DNA of 64,000 bases from Escherichia coli (GCF_036507355.1 NZ_AP027877.1); one strand, 5' to 3'. Shown: positions 1 through 16,654, numbered from the stretch's first letter. Notes: generated by a model from the letters alone, not told the origin. Program-made: numbers and translations.

Positions 1-294
1 GGACTGGAAACCCGTGCCATGCTGGAGATTATTATCCAGCAGGCCACAGTTCCGGTGGTTGTCGATGCTGGCATCGGCGTTCCCAGCCATGCCGCGCAGG
101 CGCTGGAAATGGGGGCCGACGCGGTGTTAGTGAATACGGCGATTGCCGTCGCGGACGATCCCGTCAACATGGCGAAGGCATTTCGTCTGGCAGTAGAAGC
201 AGGCCTGCTGGCACGTCAGTCCGGACCGGGCAGCCGCAGTTATTTTGCTCATGCCACCAGCCCGCTGACCGGATTTCTGGAGGCATCGGTATGA
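1..294 (+). CDS. thiG: thiazole synthase ThiG, C-terminal part (5' end outside window)
   Basis: Open frame runs from base 1; the translation matches the ThiG C-terminus and its stop overlaps the thiH start by 4 bp (ATGA). Confidence 0.85.
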   Translation, partial: GLETRAMLEIIIQQATVPVVVDAGIGVPSHAAQALEMGADAVLVNTAIAVADDPVNMAKAFRLAVEAGLLARQSGPGSRSYFAHATSPLTGFLEASV

Positions 295-1424
295 AAACCT
301 TCAGCGATCGCTGGCGACAACTGGACTGGGACGACATCCGCCTGCGTATCAACGGCAAAACGGCTGCTGACGTAGAGCGGGCGCTAAATGCCTCGCAACT
401 CACCCGCGACGACATGATGGCGCTGTTATCGCCTGCCGCCAGTGGCTATCTGGAACAACTGGCCCAACGGGCGCAGCGTCTGACCCGTCAGCGATTTGGC
501 AACACAGTTAGTTTCTACGTCCCGCTTTATCTTTCCAATCTTTGCGCTAACGACTGCACGTACTGCGGATTTTCCATGAGTAATCGCATCAAGCGCAAAA
601 CGCTGGACGAAGCGGATATTGCCAGGGAAAGCGCCGCTATACGGGAGATGGGCTTTGAACATCTGCTTTTAGTCACTGGTGAACATCAGGCGAAAGTGGG
701 GATGGATTACTTTCGTCGTCATCTCCCTGCCCTGCGTGAACAGTTCTCTTCACTACAGATGGAAGTGCAACCGCTGGCGGAGACGGAATACACCGAGTTA
801 AAGCAACTTGGTCTGGATGGGGTGATGGTTTATCAGGAGACATATCACGAGGCGACTTATGCCCGCCATCATCTGAAAGGCAAAAAACAGGACTTCTTCT
901 GGCGGCTGGAAACGCCGGATCGGCTGGGGCGTGCGGGGATTGATAAGATTGGCCTCGGCGCACTAATTGGCCTTTCCGACAACTGGCGAGTTGACTGTTA
1001 TATGGTTGCCGAACATTTGCTATGGCTGCAACAGCATTACTGGCAAAGCCGCTACTCTATCTCCTTCCCGCGCCTGCGCCCATGTACTGGCGGCATTGAG
1101 CCTGCGTCGATTATGGATGAACGCCAGTTAGTGCAAGCCATCTGCGCCTTCCGGCTGCTTGCACCGGAGATTGAACTGTCACTCTCCACGCGGGAATCAC
1201 CGTGGTTTCGCGATCGCGTTATTCCGCTGGCGATCAATAACGTCAGCGCCTTCTCGAAAACGCAGCCAGGTGGCTATGCCGATAATCACCCCGAGTTGGA
1301 ACAGTTCTCACCGCACGACGATCGCAGACCGGAAGCGGTTGCTGCCGCGTTAACCGCTCAGGGTTTGCAGCCGGTATGGAAAGACTGGGACAGCTATCTG
1401 GGACGCGCCTCGCAAAGACTATGA
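291..1424 (+). CDS. thiH: 2-iminoacetate synthase ThiH (radical SAM)
   Basis: 377 aa ORF with the CxxxCxxC radical-SAM motif ([10 protein letters not shown]); position after thiG. Confidence 0.93.
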   Translation: MKTFSDRWRQLDWDDIRLRINGKTAADVERALNASQLTRDDMMALLSPAASGYLEQLAQRAQRLTRQRFGNTVSFYVPLYLSNLCANDCTYCGFSMSNRIKRKTLDEADIARESAAIREMGFEHLLLVTGEHQAKVGMDYFRRHLPALREQFSSLQMEVQPLAETEYTELKQLGLDGVMVYQETYHEATYARHHLKGKKQDFFWRLETPDRLGRAGIDKIGLGALIGLSDNWRVDCYMVAEHLLWLQQHYWQSRYSISFPRLRPCTGGIEPASIMDERQLVQAICAFRLLAPEIELSLSTRESPWFRDRVIPLAINNVSAFSKTQPGGYADNHPELEQFSPHDDRRPEAVAAALTAQGLQPVWKDWDSYLGRASQRL

Positions 1425-1807
1425 GACGGAATGTAAGGACGTAAATTTATTCCGAGCCGCTACGGAAGATGAAAAACGCAAGGTTGTTGAAAGCGTTGTG
1501 TTTTTTTATGGTAGTGCCGTCAGCAGGAATGTTGTCCAGGGCGAAAAGCTTCTTCCTCGTTTCGCCCTGCCTTTCTTAAAAATTCCGTAATGCAAAGTCT
1601 GAAGCCATCGCCTGTTGAGCAATGAAAGAGATCTGATTGTAAGAGAGTAAATACTCAACTATGATAGAGACGAAAATAAGAACACATGTTCTCATCTTCC
1701 AGGATGCAGCAGACTGAAGAAATTCAGACATCCCGCAACCTGCGATTATCGCAAGGTCAAGGCAAAGTCCGGTAATGGCGTTCTGAATACCAGAGATAAT
1801 TCTCTGG

Positions 1808-1840
1808 CGAAACCCACCTTAAGGTGGGTTTTGTTATTTT
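1808..1840. terminator. GC-rich hairpin with flanking T-run between the convergent thiH and yjaZ genes
   Basis: aaacccacc-ttaa-ggtgggttt followed by tgttatttt on the + strand; lies directly 3' of the yjaZ stop on the - strand. Confidence 0.5.
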
Positions 1841-2373
1841 GAGGGCTGAGGAAGCTGCTTATTTCTCAATAAGTTGTAGGCAATGGTGAAAAATTTCACT
1901 GATTTACCTTTCTGTTTTTCAGAAATGGGATAAGCGCTAGTTACATGCAAACGAAGTTTTTTCTTTTCCCTGAAAGCCCTGAACGCAACAAAGTAAAATG
2001 CCTTGTCTCCTCCGTTTAAATCCACTTCAATCACGGCATAGCTACCATACCCAGCATGAATAACGTTGCTTTCTGGCAGCGCCAAAATGGTTCTTTTTAA
2101 GTGTATGCGCGCTAAGTTATAACGGTGCTGGCAGAAGGGACGAGATTCTTTAGGCGCGTGGTACATTAACGATTGTTTTTCTTCGTTAGTCTGATGTTCA
2201 TAATCTTTTGTGAAGCAGTGAAGAGAGTAGGTAACCCAGAAGCGATACTCTAAAGGCTCTTTGCCCTCATGATGCTGAACGTAGACAGCCTGATGAGCAT
2301 CAAGAAATGATAAATCACGAATATCACCATCCGGATGTCCAAAAGGTCGCCACTTCTCCACTTCCTGTTTCAT
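1834..2373 (-). CDS. yjaZ: YjaZ/HtrC heat-shock-associated protein
   Basis: 179 aa ORF, the length expected for HtrC; located immediately downstream of rpoC. Confidence 0.85.
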   Translation of the reverse strand: MKQEVEKWRPFGHPDGDIRDLSFLDAHQAVYVQHHEGKEPLEYRFWVTYSLHCFTKDYEHQTNEEKQSLMYHAPKESRPFCQHRYNLARIHLKRTILALPESNVIHAGYGSYAVIEVDLNGGDKAFYFVAFRAFREKKKLRLHVTSAYPISEKQKGKSVKFFTIAYNLLRNKQLPQPSK

Positions 2374-2535
2374 TCTCGTTCCTTAAGAAAGTCACACAGG
2401 AATAGTATCGAATTCTTGCCGAGCTTGACTCAATTAGTTCAGTCAGTTTCAGGATATTAGTCATCTCTACATTGATTATGAGTATCCAGAAATTCATTAA
2501 ATATTCTGACAAATGCTCTTTCCCTAAACTCCCCC

Positions 2536-2562
2536 CATAAAAAAACCCGCCGAAGCGGGTTT
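2536..2562 (-). terminator. rpoC intrinsic terminator
   Basis: Hairpin cccgc-cgaa-gcggg followed by a U-run on the - strand, about 25 nt past the rpoC stop. Confidence 0.8.
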
Positions 2563-2585
2563 TTACGTTATTTGCGGATTAACGA

Positions 2586-5500
2586 TTACTCGTTATCAGA
2601 ACCGCCCAGACCTGCGTTCAGCAGTTCTGCCAGGCTGGCAGATGCGTCTTCTGCAGTCACCTGCGGTGCAGCCGGAGCTTCACCCGCAGCACGGCGACGC
2701 ATACGATCCTGGTGGTACGCGTAACCGGTACCTGCCGGGATCAGACGACCCACGATAACGTTCTCTTTCAGGCCGCGCAGTTCGTCGCGTTTGCCCGCAA
2801 CGGCTGCTTCGGTCAGCACGCGAGTGGTCTCCTGGAACGATGCCGCGGAGATGAAGGACTCGGTTGCCAGAGACGCTTTGGTGATACCCAGCAGATCGCG
2901 GGAGTAAGTTGCACCCACTTTGCCGTTCGCTTCCAGTTCGCGGTTTGCGATCTTGACGCGAGAGTATTCAACCTGTTCGCCTTCCAGGAAGTCGGAGCTG
3001 CCCGCGTTAACGATGGTAGCTTTACGCAGCATCTGACGAACGATAACTTCGATGTGTTTATCGTTAATCTTAACGCCCTGCAGACGGTATACGTCCTGTA
3101 CTTCGTTAACGATGTAACGAGTCACAGCATGAACACCACGCAGACGCAGAATGTCGTGCGGCGCTTCCGGACCGTCGGAAATTACGTCACCACGTTCTAC
3201 ACGTTCACCTTCGAACACGTTGAGCTGACGCCATTTCGGAATCATCTCTTCGTACGGATCGCTACCGTCTACCGGGGTGATAACCAGACGACGTTTACCT
3301 TTGGTTTCTTTACCGAAGGAAACGATACCGCTGATTTCAGCCAGGATTGCCGGCTCTTTCGGACGACGTGCTTCGAACAGGTCCGCAACGCGCGGCAGAC
3401 CACCGGTGATGTCCTTGGTACCGCCGGATTCCTGCGGAATACGCGCCAGGGTGTCACCAGAGCTGATCTGTACGCCATCTTCCAGCTGAACAATCGCTTT
3501 ACCCGGCAGGAAGTACTGCGCAGGCATATCGGTACCAGGGATCAGAACGTCGTTACCCTGAGCATCAACGATTTTCAGTGCCGGACGCAGATCTTTACCA
3601 CCTGCGGTACGTTCTGCGGAATCCAGAACCACCAGCGAAGACAGACCGGTCAATTCGTCGGTCTGACGCGTAATGGTCTGGCCGTCGATCATGTCAGTAA
3701 AGCGTACAAAACCGCTTACTTCGGTGATAACCGGCATGGTGTGCGGGTCCCAGTTTGCAACGGTTTCGCCGCCAGCAACCTGTTCGCCATCGCCTTTTGC
3801 CAGTACCGCACCGTAAGGTACTTTGTAGCTTTCTTTGGTACGACCGAATTCGTCGATCAGTTTCAGTTCGGTGTTACGGGAAGTGATAACCAGTTTACCG
3901 CTGGAGTTCACAACCGACTTCACGTTGCTGAGCTTGATGCTACCTTTGTTTTTCACCTGGATGCTGGATTCAGCAGCCGCACGAGATGCCGCACCACCGA
4001 TGTGGAACGTACGCATGGTCAGCTGTGTACCCGGTTCACCGATGGACTGTGCCGCGATAACACCGATTGCTTCACCCTTGTTGATGATGTGGCCACGCGC
4101 CAGGTCACGACCGTAGCAGTGCGCACATACACCAAAGTCGGTGTCACAAGATACAACAGAACGTACTTTAACCGCGTCGACAGAGTTCTCTTCCAGCAGG
4201 TCACACCACTGTTCGTGCAGCAGCGTGTTGCGCGGAACGAGGATATCAGCAGTACCCGGCTTCAGAACGTCTTCAGCAGTTACACGACCCAGTACGCGAT
4301 CGCGCAGCGGCTCTTTAACGTCACCACCCTCGATAACCGGAGTCATCATGATACCTTCATGGGTACCACAATCGTCTTCGGTAACCACCAGGTCCTGCGC
4401 CACGTCAACCAGACGACGAGTCAGGTAACCGGAGTTCGCAGTTTTCAGTGCGGTATCCGCCAGACCTTTACGAGCACCGTGGGTGGAGATGAAGTACTGG
4501 AGTACGTTCAGACCTTCACGGAAGTTCGCGGTGATTGGCGTTTCGATGATGGAGCCATCCGGCTTCGCCATCAGACCACGCATACCAGCAAGCTGACGAA
4601 TCTGTGCCGCAGAACCACGCGCACCGGAGTCGGCCATCATGTAGATGCTGTTGAAGGAAACCTGCTTCTCTTCCTGACCGTCACGGTTAATAACGGTTTC
4701 AGTTTGCAGATTATCCATCATCGCTTTGGATACACGATCGTTCGCCGCAGCCCAGATATCGATAACTTTGTTATAACGTTCGCCCGCAGTTACCAGACCA
4801 GACTGGAACTGCTCCTGAATTTCAGCAACTTCTGCTTCTGCCTCGGAGATGATTTCGTGTTTCTTCTCCGGGATGACCATGTCATCGATACCAACAGATG
4901 CACCAGAACGCGCTGCATATGCAAAGCCGGTGTACATGATCTGGTCCGCAAAAATAACGGTCGGTTTCAGACCGAGAATGCGGTAGCAGGTGTTCAGCAT
5001 TTTGGAGATTGCTTTTTTACCCAGCGCCTGGTTGACGATGGAGTAAGGCAGACCTTTCGGTACAATCATCCACAGAATGGCACGGCCAACGGTCGTGTCT
5101 TTCAGGCTGGTTTTCGCTACTAATTCACCGTTAGCATCTTTTTCATACTCGGTGATACGCACTTTAACGCGCGCATGCAGAGAAGCCAGACCAGAGCGAT
5201 ACAGACGTTCTGCTTCTTTCGGGCCAGTCAGCACCATGCCTTCGCCTTTGGCGTTAACACAGTCACGGGTCATGTAGTACAGACCCAGTACAACGTCCTG
5301 AGACGGAACGATGATTGGTTCGCCGTTCGCCGGGGACAGGATGTTGTTGGTAGACATCATCAGCGCACGCGCTTCCAGCTGGGCTTCCAGCGTCAGCGGT
5401 ACGTGAACAGCCATCTGGTCACCATCGAAGTCGGCGTTATATGCCGCACAAACCAGCGGGTGCAGCTGGATAGCTTTACCTTCGATCAGTACCGGTTCAA

Positions 5501-6809
5501 ATGCCTGGATACCCAGACGGTGCAGAGTCGGTGCACGGTTCAGCAGTACCGGGTGTTCGCGGATAACTTCGTCCAGGATATCCCAAACGACAGCTTCTTC
5601 GCGCTCAACCATTTTCTTCGCAGCTTTAATGGTGGTAGCAAGACCACGCAGTTCAAGCTTGCCGTAGATGAATGGTTTGAACAGCTCCAGCGCCATTTTC
5701 TTCGGCAGACCGCACTGATGCAGACGCAGGTATGGACCTACGGTGATTACAGAACGACCGGAGTAGTCAACACGCTTACCGAGCAGGTTCTGACGGAAAC
5801 GACCCTGTTTACCTTTGATCATGTCGGCCAAAGATTTCAGAGGACGCTTGTTAGAACCGGTGATCGCACGACCGCGACGACCGTTATCCAGCAGAGCGTC
5901 TACCGCTTCCTGCAGCATACGTTTTTCGTTACGTACGATGATGTCCGGCGCAGCCAGATCCAGCAGACGTTTCAGACGGTTGTTACGGTTAATGACGCGA
6001 CGATACAGATCGTTCAGGTCAGAAGTCGCGAAACGACCACCATCCAGCGGAACCAACGGACGCAGATCTGGCGGCAGTACCGGCAGAACGGTCAGGATCA
6101 TCCACTCTGGTTTGTTACCAGACTGAACGAACGCTTCCAGCAGTTTGATACGCTTGGTCAGCTTTTTACGCTTAGTTTCGGAGTTGGTTTCGTTCAGCTC
6201 TTCACGCAGCTGTTCGCACTCTTGCTCCAGATCCATGCTCTTCAGCAGAGCCTGGATTGCTTCCGCACCCATCTTCGCGTCGAATTCGTCACCGAACTCT
6301 TCCAGCGCGTCCAGATACTGCTCTTCAGTCAGGATCTGCTGGCGTTCCAGGTTGGTCATACCGCCTTCAATAACCACATAGGATTCGAAGTACAGTACGC
6401 GTTCAATATCGCGCAGCGGCATATCGAGCAGTAGGCCGATACGGGACGGCAGCGATTTCAGGAACCAGATGTGCGCAGTCGGGGAAGCCAGTTCGATGTG
6501 GCCCATACGCTCACGGCGTACTTTAGTCTGGGTCACTTCAACGCCACACTTCTCACAGATGACGCCACGGTGTTTCAGGCGCTTGTACTTACCGCACAGG
6601 CACTCGTAATCTTTTACCGGCCCAAAGATACGGGCGCAGAAAAGGCCGTCACGTTCTGGTTTGAACGTACGGTAGTTGATGGTTTCCGGCTTTTTAACTT
6701 CACCGAAAGACCATGAACGGATCATGTCTGGCGAAGCCAGAGCAATTTTGATCGCATCAAACTCTTCGGTTTTAGTCTGCGCTTTCAGAAACTTTAATAA
6801 ATCTTTCAC
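2586..6809 (-). CDS. rpoC: RNA polymerase beta' subunit
   Basis: 1407 aa ORF beginning [64 protein letters not shown]. Confidence 0.98.
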
Positions 6810-6885
6810 GGATTTGCTCCCGTCGGAGTTAGCACAATCCGCTGCCGGGTTTTACCCCGACAGCAGTGACCTGTTTGAGCGAGAA

Positions 6886-9800
6886 TTACTCGTCTTCCAG
6901 TTCGATGTTGATACCCAGCGAACGAATCTCTTTCAACAATACGTTGAAGGATTCTGGCATGCCCGGCTCCATCTGATGGTTGCCGTCCACGATGTTTTTA
7001 TACATCTTAGTACGACCGTTCACGTCATCAGACTTAACGGTGAGCATTTCCTGCAGGGTGTATGCTGCGCCGTATGCTTCCAGCGCCCACACTTCCATCT
7101 CCCCGAAACGCTGACCACCGAACTGTGCCTTACCACCCAGCGGCTGCTGAGTAACCAGGCTGTAAGAACCGGTGGAACGCGCGTGCATCTTGTCGTCGAC
7201 CAGGTGGTTCAGTTTCAGCATGTACATGTAACCAACGGTTACCGGACGTTCGAACTGTTCACCAGTGCGGCCGTCGTACAGGCGGATCTGACCAGAAGTC
7301 GGCAGGTCGCCAAGTTTCAGCAGCTCTTTAATTTCTGCTTCTTTCGCACCGTCGAACACCGGCGTTGCGATTGGCATACCTTTGCGCAGGTTTTCAGCCA
7401 GACGCATAACTTCTTCATCGCTGAAGGTACTCAGGTCAACTTTCTGACGAACGTCAGCGCCCAGATCGTACGCACGCTGGATGAATTCGCGCAGTTTCGC
7501 GACTTCCTGCTGCTGTTTCAGCATGGCGTTGATCTTGTCGCCGATACCTTTCGCAGCCATACCCAGGTGGGTTTCGAGGATCTGACCGATGTTCATACGA
7601 GACGGTACGCCCAGCGGGTTCAGTACGATGTCTACCGGCGTACCGTTTTCATCGTAAGGCATATCTTCGATCGGGTTGATCTTAGAAATTACACCTTTGT
7701 TACCGTGACGACCTGCCATCTTGTCACCAGGCTGGATACGGCGTTTAACCGCCAGATATACCTTAACAATCTTCAGCACGCCCGGTGCCAGATCGTCGCC
7801 CTGGGTGATTTTGCGGCGTTTCGCTTCGAGTTTCTTCTCGAACTCGTGTTTCAGTTCGTCATACTGCTCAGCCAGCTGTTCCAGCTGATTTTGTTTCTCT
7901 TCGTCGGTCAGGCCCAGCTCCAGCCAGCGATCGCGCGGCAGTTTGTCGAGCTTCTCAGCTTCAACGCCACCGGCTACCAGCACAGCACGGATACGGCTGA
8001 ACAGACCCGCTTCGAGGATCTGCAGTTCTTCAGACAGGTCTTTCTTCGCCTGTTTGAGCTGCATTTCTTCGATTTCCAGCGCACGTTTGTCTTTTTCTAC
8101 GCCATCGCGAGTAAAGACCTGAACGTCGATAACCGTACCGGATACACCGTTTGGTACGCGCAGAGAAGAGTCTTTAACGTCAGAGGCTTTCTCACCGAAG
8201 ATCGCACGCAGCAGTTTTTCTTCTGGGGTCAGCTGAGTTTCACCTTTCGGCGTTACCTTACCAACCAGAATGTCGCCACCGGTCACTTCCGCACCAATGT
8301 AAACGATACCGGATTCATCCAGTTTGGAGAGCGCAGCTTCACCCACGTTCGGGATGTCAGCGGTGATCTCTTCCGGCCCCAGCTTGGTGTCACGGGACAC
8401 ACACGCCAGTTCCTGAATGTGGATGGTGGTGAAACGGTCTTCCTGAACAACACGCTCGGATACGAGGATGGAGTCTTCGAAGTTGTAACCATTCCACGGC
8501 ATGAACGCTACGCGCATGTTCTGACCAAGCGCCAGTTCACCGAGGTCGGTGGACGGACCGTCTGCCAGCACGTCGCCACGTTCAACCGGTTCACCCAGAG
8601 ACACACACGGCATCTGGTTGATACAGGTGTTCTGGTTAGAACGGGTGTATTTGGTCAGGTTGTAGATGTCGATACCAGCTTCGCCCGGATACATCTCGTC
8701 TTCGTTAACTTTGATAACGATACGGGAAGCATCCACGTACTGAACAACACCACCACGTTTAGCTACCGCAGTTACACCGGAGTCAACGGCAACAGCACGT
8801 TCCATACCAGTACCAACCAGCGGCTTATCAGCACGCAGAGTCGGAACGGCCTGACGTTGCATGTTCGCACCCATCAATGCACGGTTGGCGTCATCGTGTT
8901 CCAGGAACGGGATCAGGGACGCACCGACGGATACCACCTGCTGGGTGGATACGTCCATGTAGTCAACCTGGTCGCGGCTGAACAAGCTGGATTCGCCTTT
9001 GCTACGGCAAGTTACCAGGTCTTCTACGAAGTGGCCTTCTTCATCCAGGTTGGAGTTCGCCTGGGCGATAACGTAGTTGCCTTCTTCGATAGCAGACAGG
9101 TAGTGAATTTCGTCAGTTACAACACCGTCGGTCACTTTACGATACGGAGTCTCAAGGAAGCCGTATTCGTTAGTCTGTGCGTACACGGACAGAGAGTTGA
9201 TCAGACCGATGTTCGGACCTTCAGGAGTTTCGATTGGACATACGCGACCGTAGTGAGTCGGGTGTACGTCTCGAACTTCGAAGCCTGCACGTTCACGGGT
9301 CAGACCGCCTGGGCCGAGTGCGGAGATACGACGTTTGTGCGTAATCTCAGACAGCGGGTTGTTCTGGTCCATAAACTGAGACAGCTGGCTGGAACCGAAG
9401 AACTCTTTCACTGCTGCGGAAATCGGCTTGGCGTTGATCATATCCTGAGGCATCAGGGTATCCAGATCGCCCAGAGACAGACGCTCTTTCACCGCACGCT
9501 CTACACGTACCAGGCCAACACGGAACTGGTTTTCCGCCATTTCGCCAACGGAACGGATACGACGGTTGCCGAGGTGGTCGATATCATCGACTTCGCCTTT
9601 ACCGTTACGGATATCGATGAGCTTTTTCATAACATCAATGATGTCGTCTTTGCTCAGGATACCGGAACCTTCGATTTCTTCGCGCAGCAGAGAACGGTTG
9701 AACTTCATACGACCAACCGCAGACAAGTCATAGCGATCTTCGGAGAAGAACAGGTTCTCAAACAGGCTTTCAGCTGCTTCACGAGTCGGCGGCTCGCCAG

Positions 9801-10914
9801 GGCGCATCATACGGTAGATTTCTACCAGTGCGCTCAGACGGTCGTTAGTTGGGTCGACACGTAAGGTTTCAGAGATATATGGGCCGTGATCCAGATCATT
9901 GGTGAACAGCGTTTCGATACGCTTGTGACCAGACTGGCTCAGCTTAGCCAGCAGATCCAGGCTCAGCTCCATGTTCGCTGCGCAGATCAGCTCGCCGGTA
10001 GACTCATCAATATAGTCTTTAGCAACCACTTTACCTGCGATGTACTCAACCGGGACTTCGATCAGTTTGACGTCGTCTTTTTCCAGCTGGCGAATGTGGC
10101 GCGCAGTAATACGGCGGCCTTTTTCTACGTACACTTTACCGTTAGCTTCGATGTCAAAAGATGCGGTTTCACCACGCAGGCGTTCCGGCACCAGTTCCAT
10201 CTGCAGCTTGTTATCACGGATTTCAAAGATAACTTTTTCAAAGAACAGGTCGAGGATCTGCTCTGTGGTGTAGTTCAGGGCACGCAGAATGATGGTCGCA
10301 GGCAGTTTACGGCGACGGTCGATACGTACGAACAGGTTGTCCTTCGGATCGAATTCGAAGTCCAGCCAGGAACCACGGTAAGGGATGATGCGCGCGTTAT
10401 ACAGCACTTTACCCGAAGAGTGGGTTTTACCTTTGTCGGAGTCAAAGAAGACGCCCGGACTACGGTGCAGCTGGGAAACGATAACACGCTCAGTACCGTT
10501 GATAACAAAGGTACCGTTGTCTGTCATGAGCGGAATTTCGCCCATGTAGACTTCTTGTTCTTTAATGTCTTTTACGGTGCCTTCCGGCGCTTCGCGCTCA
10601 TAGATCACCAGACGCAGTTTAACGCGCAGCGGTGCGGAATAGGTCACGCCACGGATTTGACATTCCTGGACGTCAAACACCGGTTCGCCAAGGCGGTAGC
10701 TGACGTATTGCAGCTCGGAATTACCGCTGTAGCTCTGAATCGGGAATACGGAACGGAAAGCAGCTTCCAGACCATACTGCCCTTCAGGATCTTGCTCGAT
10801 AAATTTCTGAAACGAGTCAAGCTGGATAGAAAGGAGATAAGGTACATCCAGAACTTGTGGACGTTTACCAAAATCCTTACGAATACGTTTTTTCTCGGTA
10901 TAGGAGTAAACCAT
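6886..10914 (-). CDS. rpoB: RNA polymerase beta subunit
   Basis: Start set at the internal [16 protein letters not shown] (1342 aa); the ORF track's 11-codon upstream extension is rejected. Confidence 0.97.
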
Positions 10915-11160
10915 AGGGTTCCTCAGCTCGCTGACAAGTCGACCCATCTGTCCATTGAGCGGACAGTTTGTGCAACACTATTTTGTTGACCGGAAAATGG
11001 AACACTTTCCGCAATGCCTGTTGCTATCACGCTTAAACCATTTCATTGCGATTTACACAGAACGGACGTCCTGTCGCAGTATATTAAGTCGTCGATAGAA
11101 ACAAGCATTGAAAGGCACAGCAGTAGTCAAACAGTGTGAAACGCTACTGGCGCCTTACAG

Positions 11161-11195
11161 CGCAAAAAGGCTGGTGACTAAAAAGTCACCAGCCA
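11161..11195 (-). terminator. rplL-rpoB intergenic attenuator hairpin
   Basis: On the - strand, GGCTGGTGACTTTTTAGTCACCAGCC followed by TTTTTGCG, in the known attenuator region between rplL and rpoB. Confidence 0.75.
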
Positions 11196-11233
11196 TCAGC
11201 CTGATTTCTCAGGCTGCAACCGGAAGGGTTGGC

Positions 11234-11599
<366 letters not shown>

Positions 11600-11665
11600 T
11601 TAAATTGTTCCTGAATATCAGAATAAGTTTATACGTAAGCGAATGCGTTAAAAAGATAACTGCGA

Positions 11666-12163
11666 TTAAGCAGCTTCTTTCGCATCGCGTACAGCAGCCA
11701 GAGTACGAACCAGTTTGCCAGCCGAAGCTTCTTTCATGGTTGCCATCAGGCGTGCAATTGCTTCTTCGTAGGTCGGCAGAGTTGCCAGGCGGTCGATCTG
11801 AGACGCCGGGATCAGCTCACCTTCAAAGGCAGCGGCTTTGACCTCAAATTTTGCATTCGCTTTCGCGAACTCTTTGAACAGACGAGCAGCAGCGCCCGGG
11901 TGTTCCATAGAGTATGCAATCAGGGTCGGACCAACAAACGCGTCTTTCAGGCACTCGAACGGAGTACCTTCAACAGCACGGCGCAGCAGGGTGTTACGAA
12001 CAACACGCATGTATACGCCAGCTTCGCGACCTGCTTTACGCAGTTCAGTCATTTTATCTACAGTTACGCCACGGGAATCCGCAACTACTGCAGACAGCGC
12101 GCCTTTGGCTACTTCGCTGACTTCAGCAACAATCGCTTGTTTGTCTTGAAGATTTAAAGCCAT
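11666..12163 (-). CDS. rplJ: 50S ribosomal protein L10
   Basis: 165 aa ORF in the conserved rplKAJL-rpoBC order. Confidence 0.97.
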
Positions 12164-12454
12164 TAGCTTTGCTCCTGGATGTTTGCCAGAGAAAATCTCT
12201 GGAACTCACTTCACTCCTCCAAACGGAGAGAGCGTCTTAATTACGGTGAGCAGAAACAAGCCAGAATATAAAAGAATAATCTTAGCGTTCTGTCACCGTC
12301 TACGCAGGGGATTAAGTTTCTTGCGAAACTCCTGCGGTCTTCGACGGAGGCCTGGATAGGCCAGGCTCCAACGAACAAATCTTTTTAGCTGCTAACTTTC
12401 GTTAGCATACGTGGGGCTAAGATTGTAGACAAAATCACCGCCCACGTAAAGGCA
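12164..12454 (-). promoter_or_regulatory. rplJ leader region (PL10 promoter and L10-L12 autoregulatory site)
   Basis: Long 291 bp untranslated gap between rplA and rplJ, as in the E. coli operon; no sequence motif was verified. Confidence 0.5.
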
Positions 12455-13654
<1,200 letters not shown>

Positions 13655-13749
13655 TTACGGGCAAGACCCATAAAAACAAAAGGCGCGAAATTGTATTCCA
13701 ATCTCGCGCCTTGTGCAACGATTAAATCGCCGCTTTTTTGATCGCTGGG

Positions 13750-14295
13750 TTAGGCTTTTTCAACCTGGCTGAAGTCCAGCTCTACCGGGGTCGCACGACC
13801 GAAGATAGAAACAGACACTTTCAGACGAGATTTCTCGTAATCCACTTCTTCAACAACACCGTTGAAGTCAGCGAACGGACCATCATTAACACGGACCATT
13901 TCACCCGGTTCAAACAGCGTTTTCGGTCGCGGCTTATCACCAACCTGCTGCAGGCGGTTCATAATCGCATCGACTTCTTTATCGCTGATTGGCGCAGGAC
14001 GATCGGAAGTACCGCCGATGAAGCCCATCACACGCGGTACGCTGCGCACCAGGTGCCAGCTCGCGTCGTTCATCACCATCTGAACGAGGACGTAGCCAGG
14101 GAAGAATTTACGTTCGCTTTTGCGACGCTGACCGCCACGGATTTCAACCACTTCTTCGGTTGGTACCATGACTTCACCAAACAAATCTTCCATGTTGTGT
14201 AATTTGATATGCTCACGCAGCGACGTTGCTACGCGGCCTTCAAAACCGGAAAACGCCTGAACGACGTACCAGCGCTTTTTAGGAGCTTCAGACAT
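13750..14295 (-). CDS. nusG: transcription termination/antitermination factor NusG
   Basis: 181 aa ORF; its start abuts the secE stop. Confidence 0.96.
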
Positions 14296-14296
14296 C

Positions 14297-14680
14297 TCAG
14301 AACCTCAGGCCAGTGATAAAGGATACCAGGCGAACCAGAATACCATCCAGTCCCCACAGGATCAGTGACATTACTGCGGTAACCGCAGCCACAATCAGCG
14401 TGGTGTGCAATGTTTCCTGGCGAGTCGGCCAAATGACCTTACGGACTTCGGTACGCGCTTCACGGGCAAAAGCAACGGTAGCTTTACCTTTTGTCGTTAA
14501 CAGCGCGACACCACCCGCTGCAGCAATCAGAATTACTACGGCCAGCGCACGCAGCGGCAGCATAATGTCGCGATAAAGGTAGTTGCCGACAATCGCCACC
14601 AGGAGCAATGCCACCACAACGACCCACTTCATCGCTTCCAGGCCGCGCCCGCCTCCTTGAGCTTCGGTATTCGCACTCAT
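14297..14680 (-). CDS. secE: preprotein translocase subunit SecE
   Basis: 127 aa membrane protein immediately upstream of nusG. Confidence 0.95.
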   Translation of the reverse strand: MSANTEAQGGGRGLEAMKWVVVVALLLVAIVGNYLYRDIMLPLRALAVVILIAAAGGVALLTTKGKATVAFAREARTEVRKVIWPTRQETLHTTLIVAAVTAVMSLILWGLDGILVRLVSFITGLRF

Positions 14681-14909
14681 AAACCAACCTGTCAGAAGTA
14701 TTCTACAAACATTTTCACCCCGCGATCGCGAGGCAAACCAAATCGAAACGCGTATTAGCTTTTCGGATTATACGCCCTCAACAGAGCCTGTCTCAGCAAT
14801 GATTATGACAAAGAAAATCACTGATGAGCCAGGTTCTGGTACGAAAGCGTGCAAAAAGGGCATCAAATGATGCCCTTTTAGTGCGCATTGCGTCAAATGT
14901 TATCGGCAA

Positions 14910-16130
<1,221 letters not shown>

Positions 16131-16208
16131 TCACCACATCAACCAGGCAACATGCCCGACTTGTTGAATGCAATAAACAGAAGGAAAAAACAGGGAGGAG
16201 AAAAGAAG

Positions 16209-16284
16209 TGGTGCTGATAGGCAGATTCGAACTGCCGACCTCACCCTTACCAAGGGTGCGCTCTACCAACTGAGCTATATCAGC
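16209..16284 (-). tRNA. thrT: tRNA-Thr (anticodon GGU)
   Basis: Reverse complement reads GCTGATATAGCTCAGTTGGTAGAGCGCACCCTTGGTAAGGGTGAGGTCGGCAGTTCGAATCTGCCTATCAGCACCA (76 nt). Confidence 0.95.
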
Positions 16285-16290
16285 ACATCT

Positions 16291-16365
<75 letters not shown>

Positions 16366-16481
16366 ATCCTGGAACTCGGCTACCTGATTTTCATTCTGCA
16401 CTGAATATCGAGAGAAGCTCTCTTTATTCGAGCCGGTAAGCGAACTTATCGTCTCGGGCTACGCCATCGCGTGGCCGAAAT

Positions 16482-16566
<85 letters not shown>

Positions 16567-16574
16567 GGACTTGA

Positions 16575-16650
<76 letters not shown>

Positions 16651-16654
16651 ATCA

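Noticed and set aside
2712-9864. Very long antisense ORFs opposite rpoC and rpoB (2712-5123 +, 5175-6434 +, 6676-9864 +; 803, 419 and 1062 aa).
   Set aside because: They are entirely antisense to the intact, highly conserved rpoC/rpoB frames, and their translations are low-complexity and rich in R/T/V/F; such stop-free antisense frames are a known artefact of codon bias in highly expressed genes.
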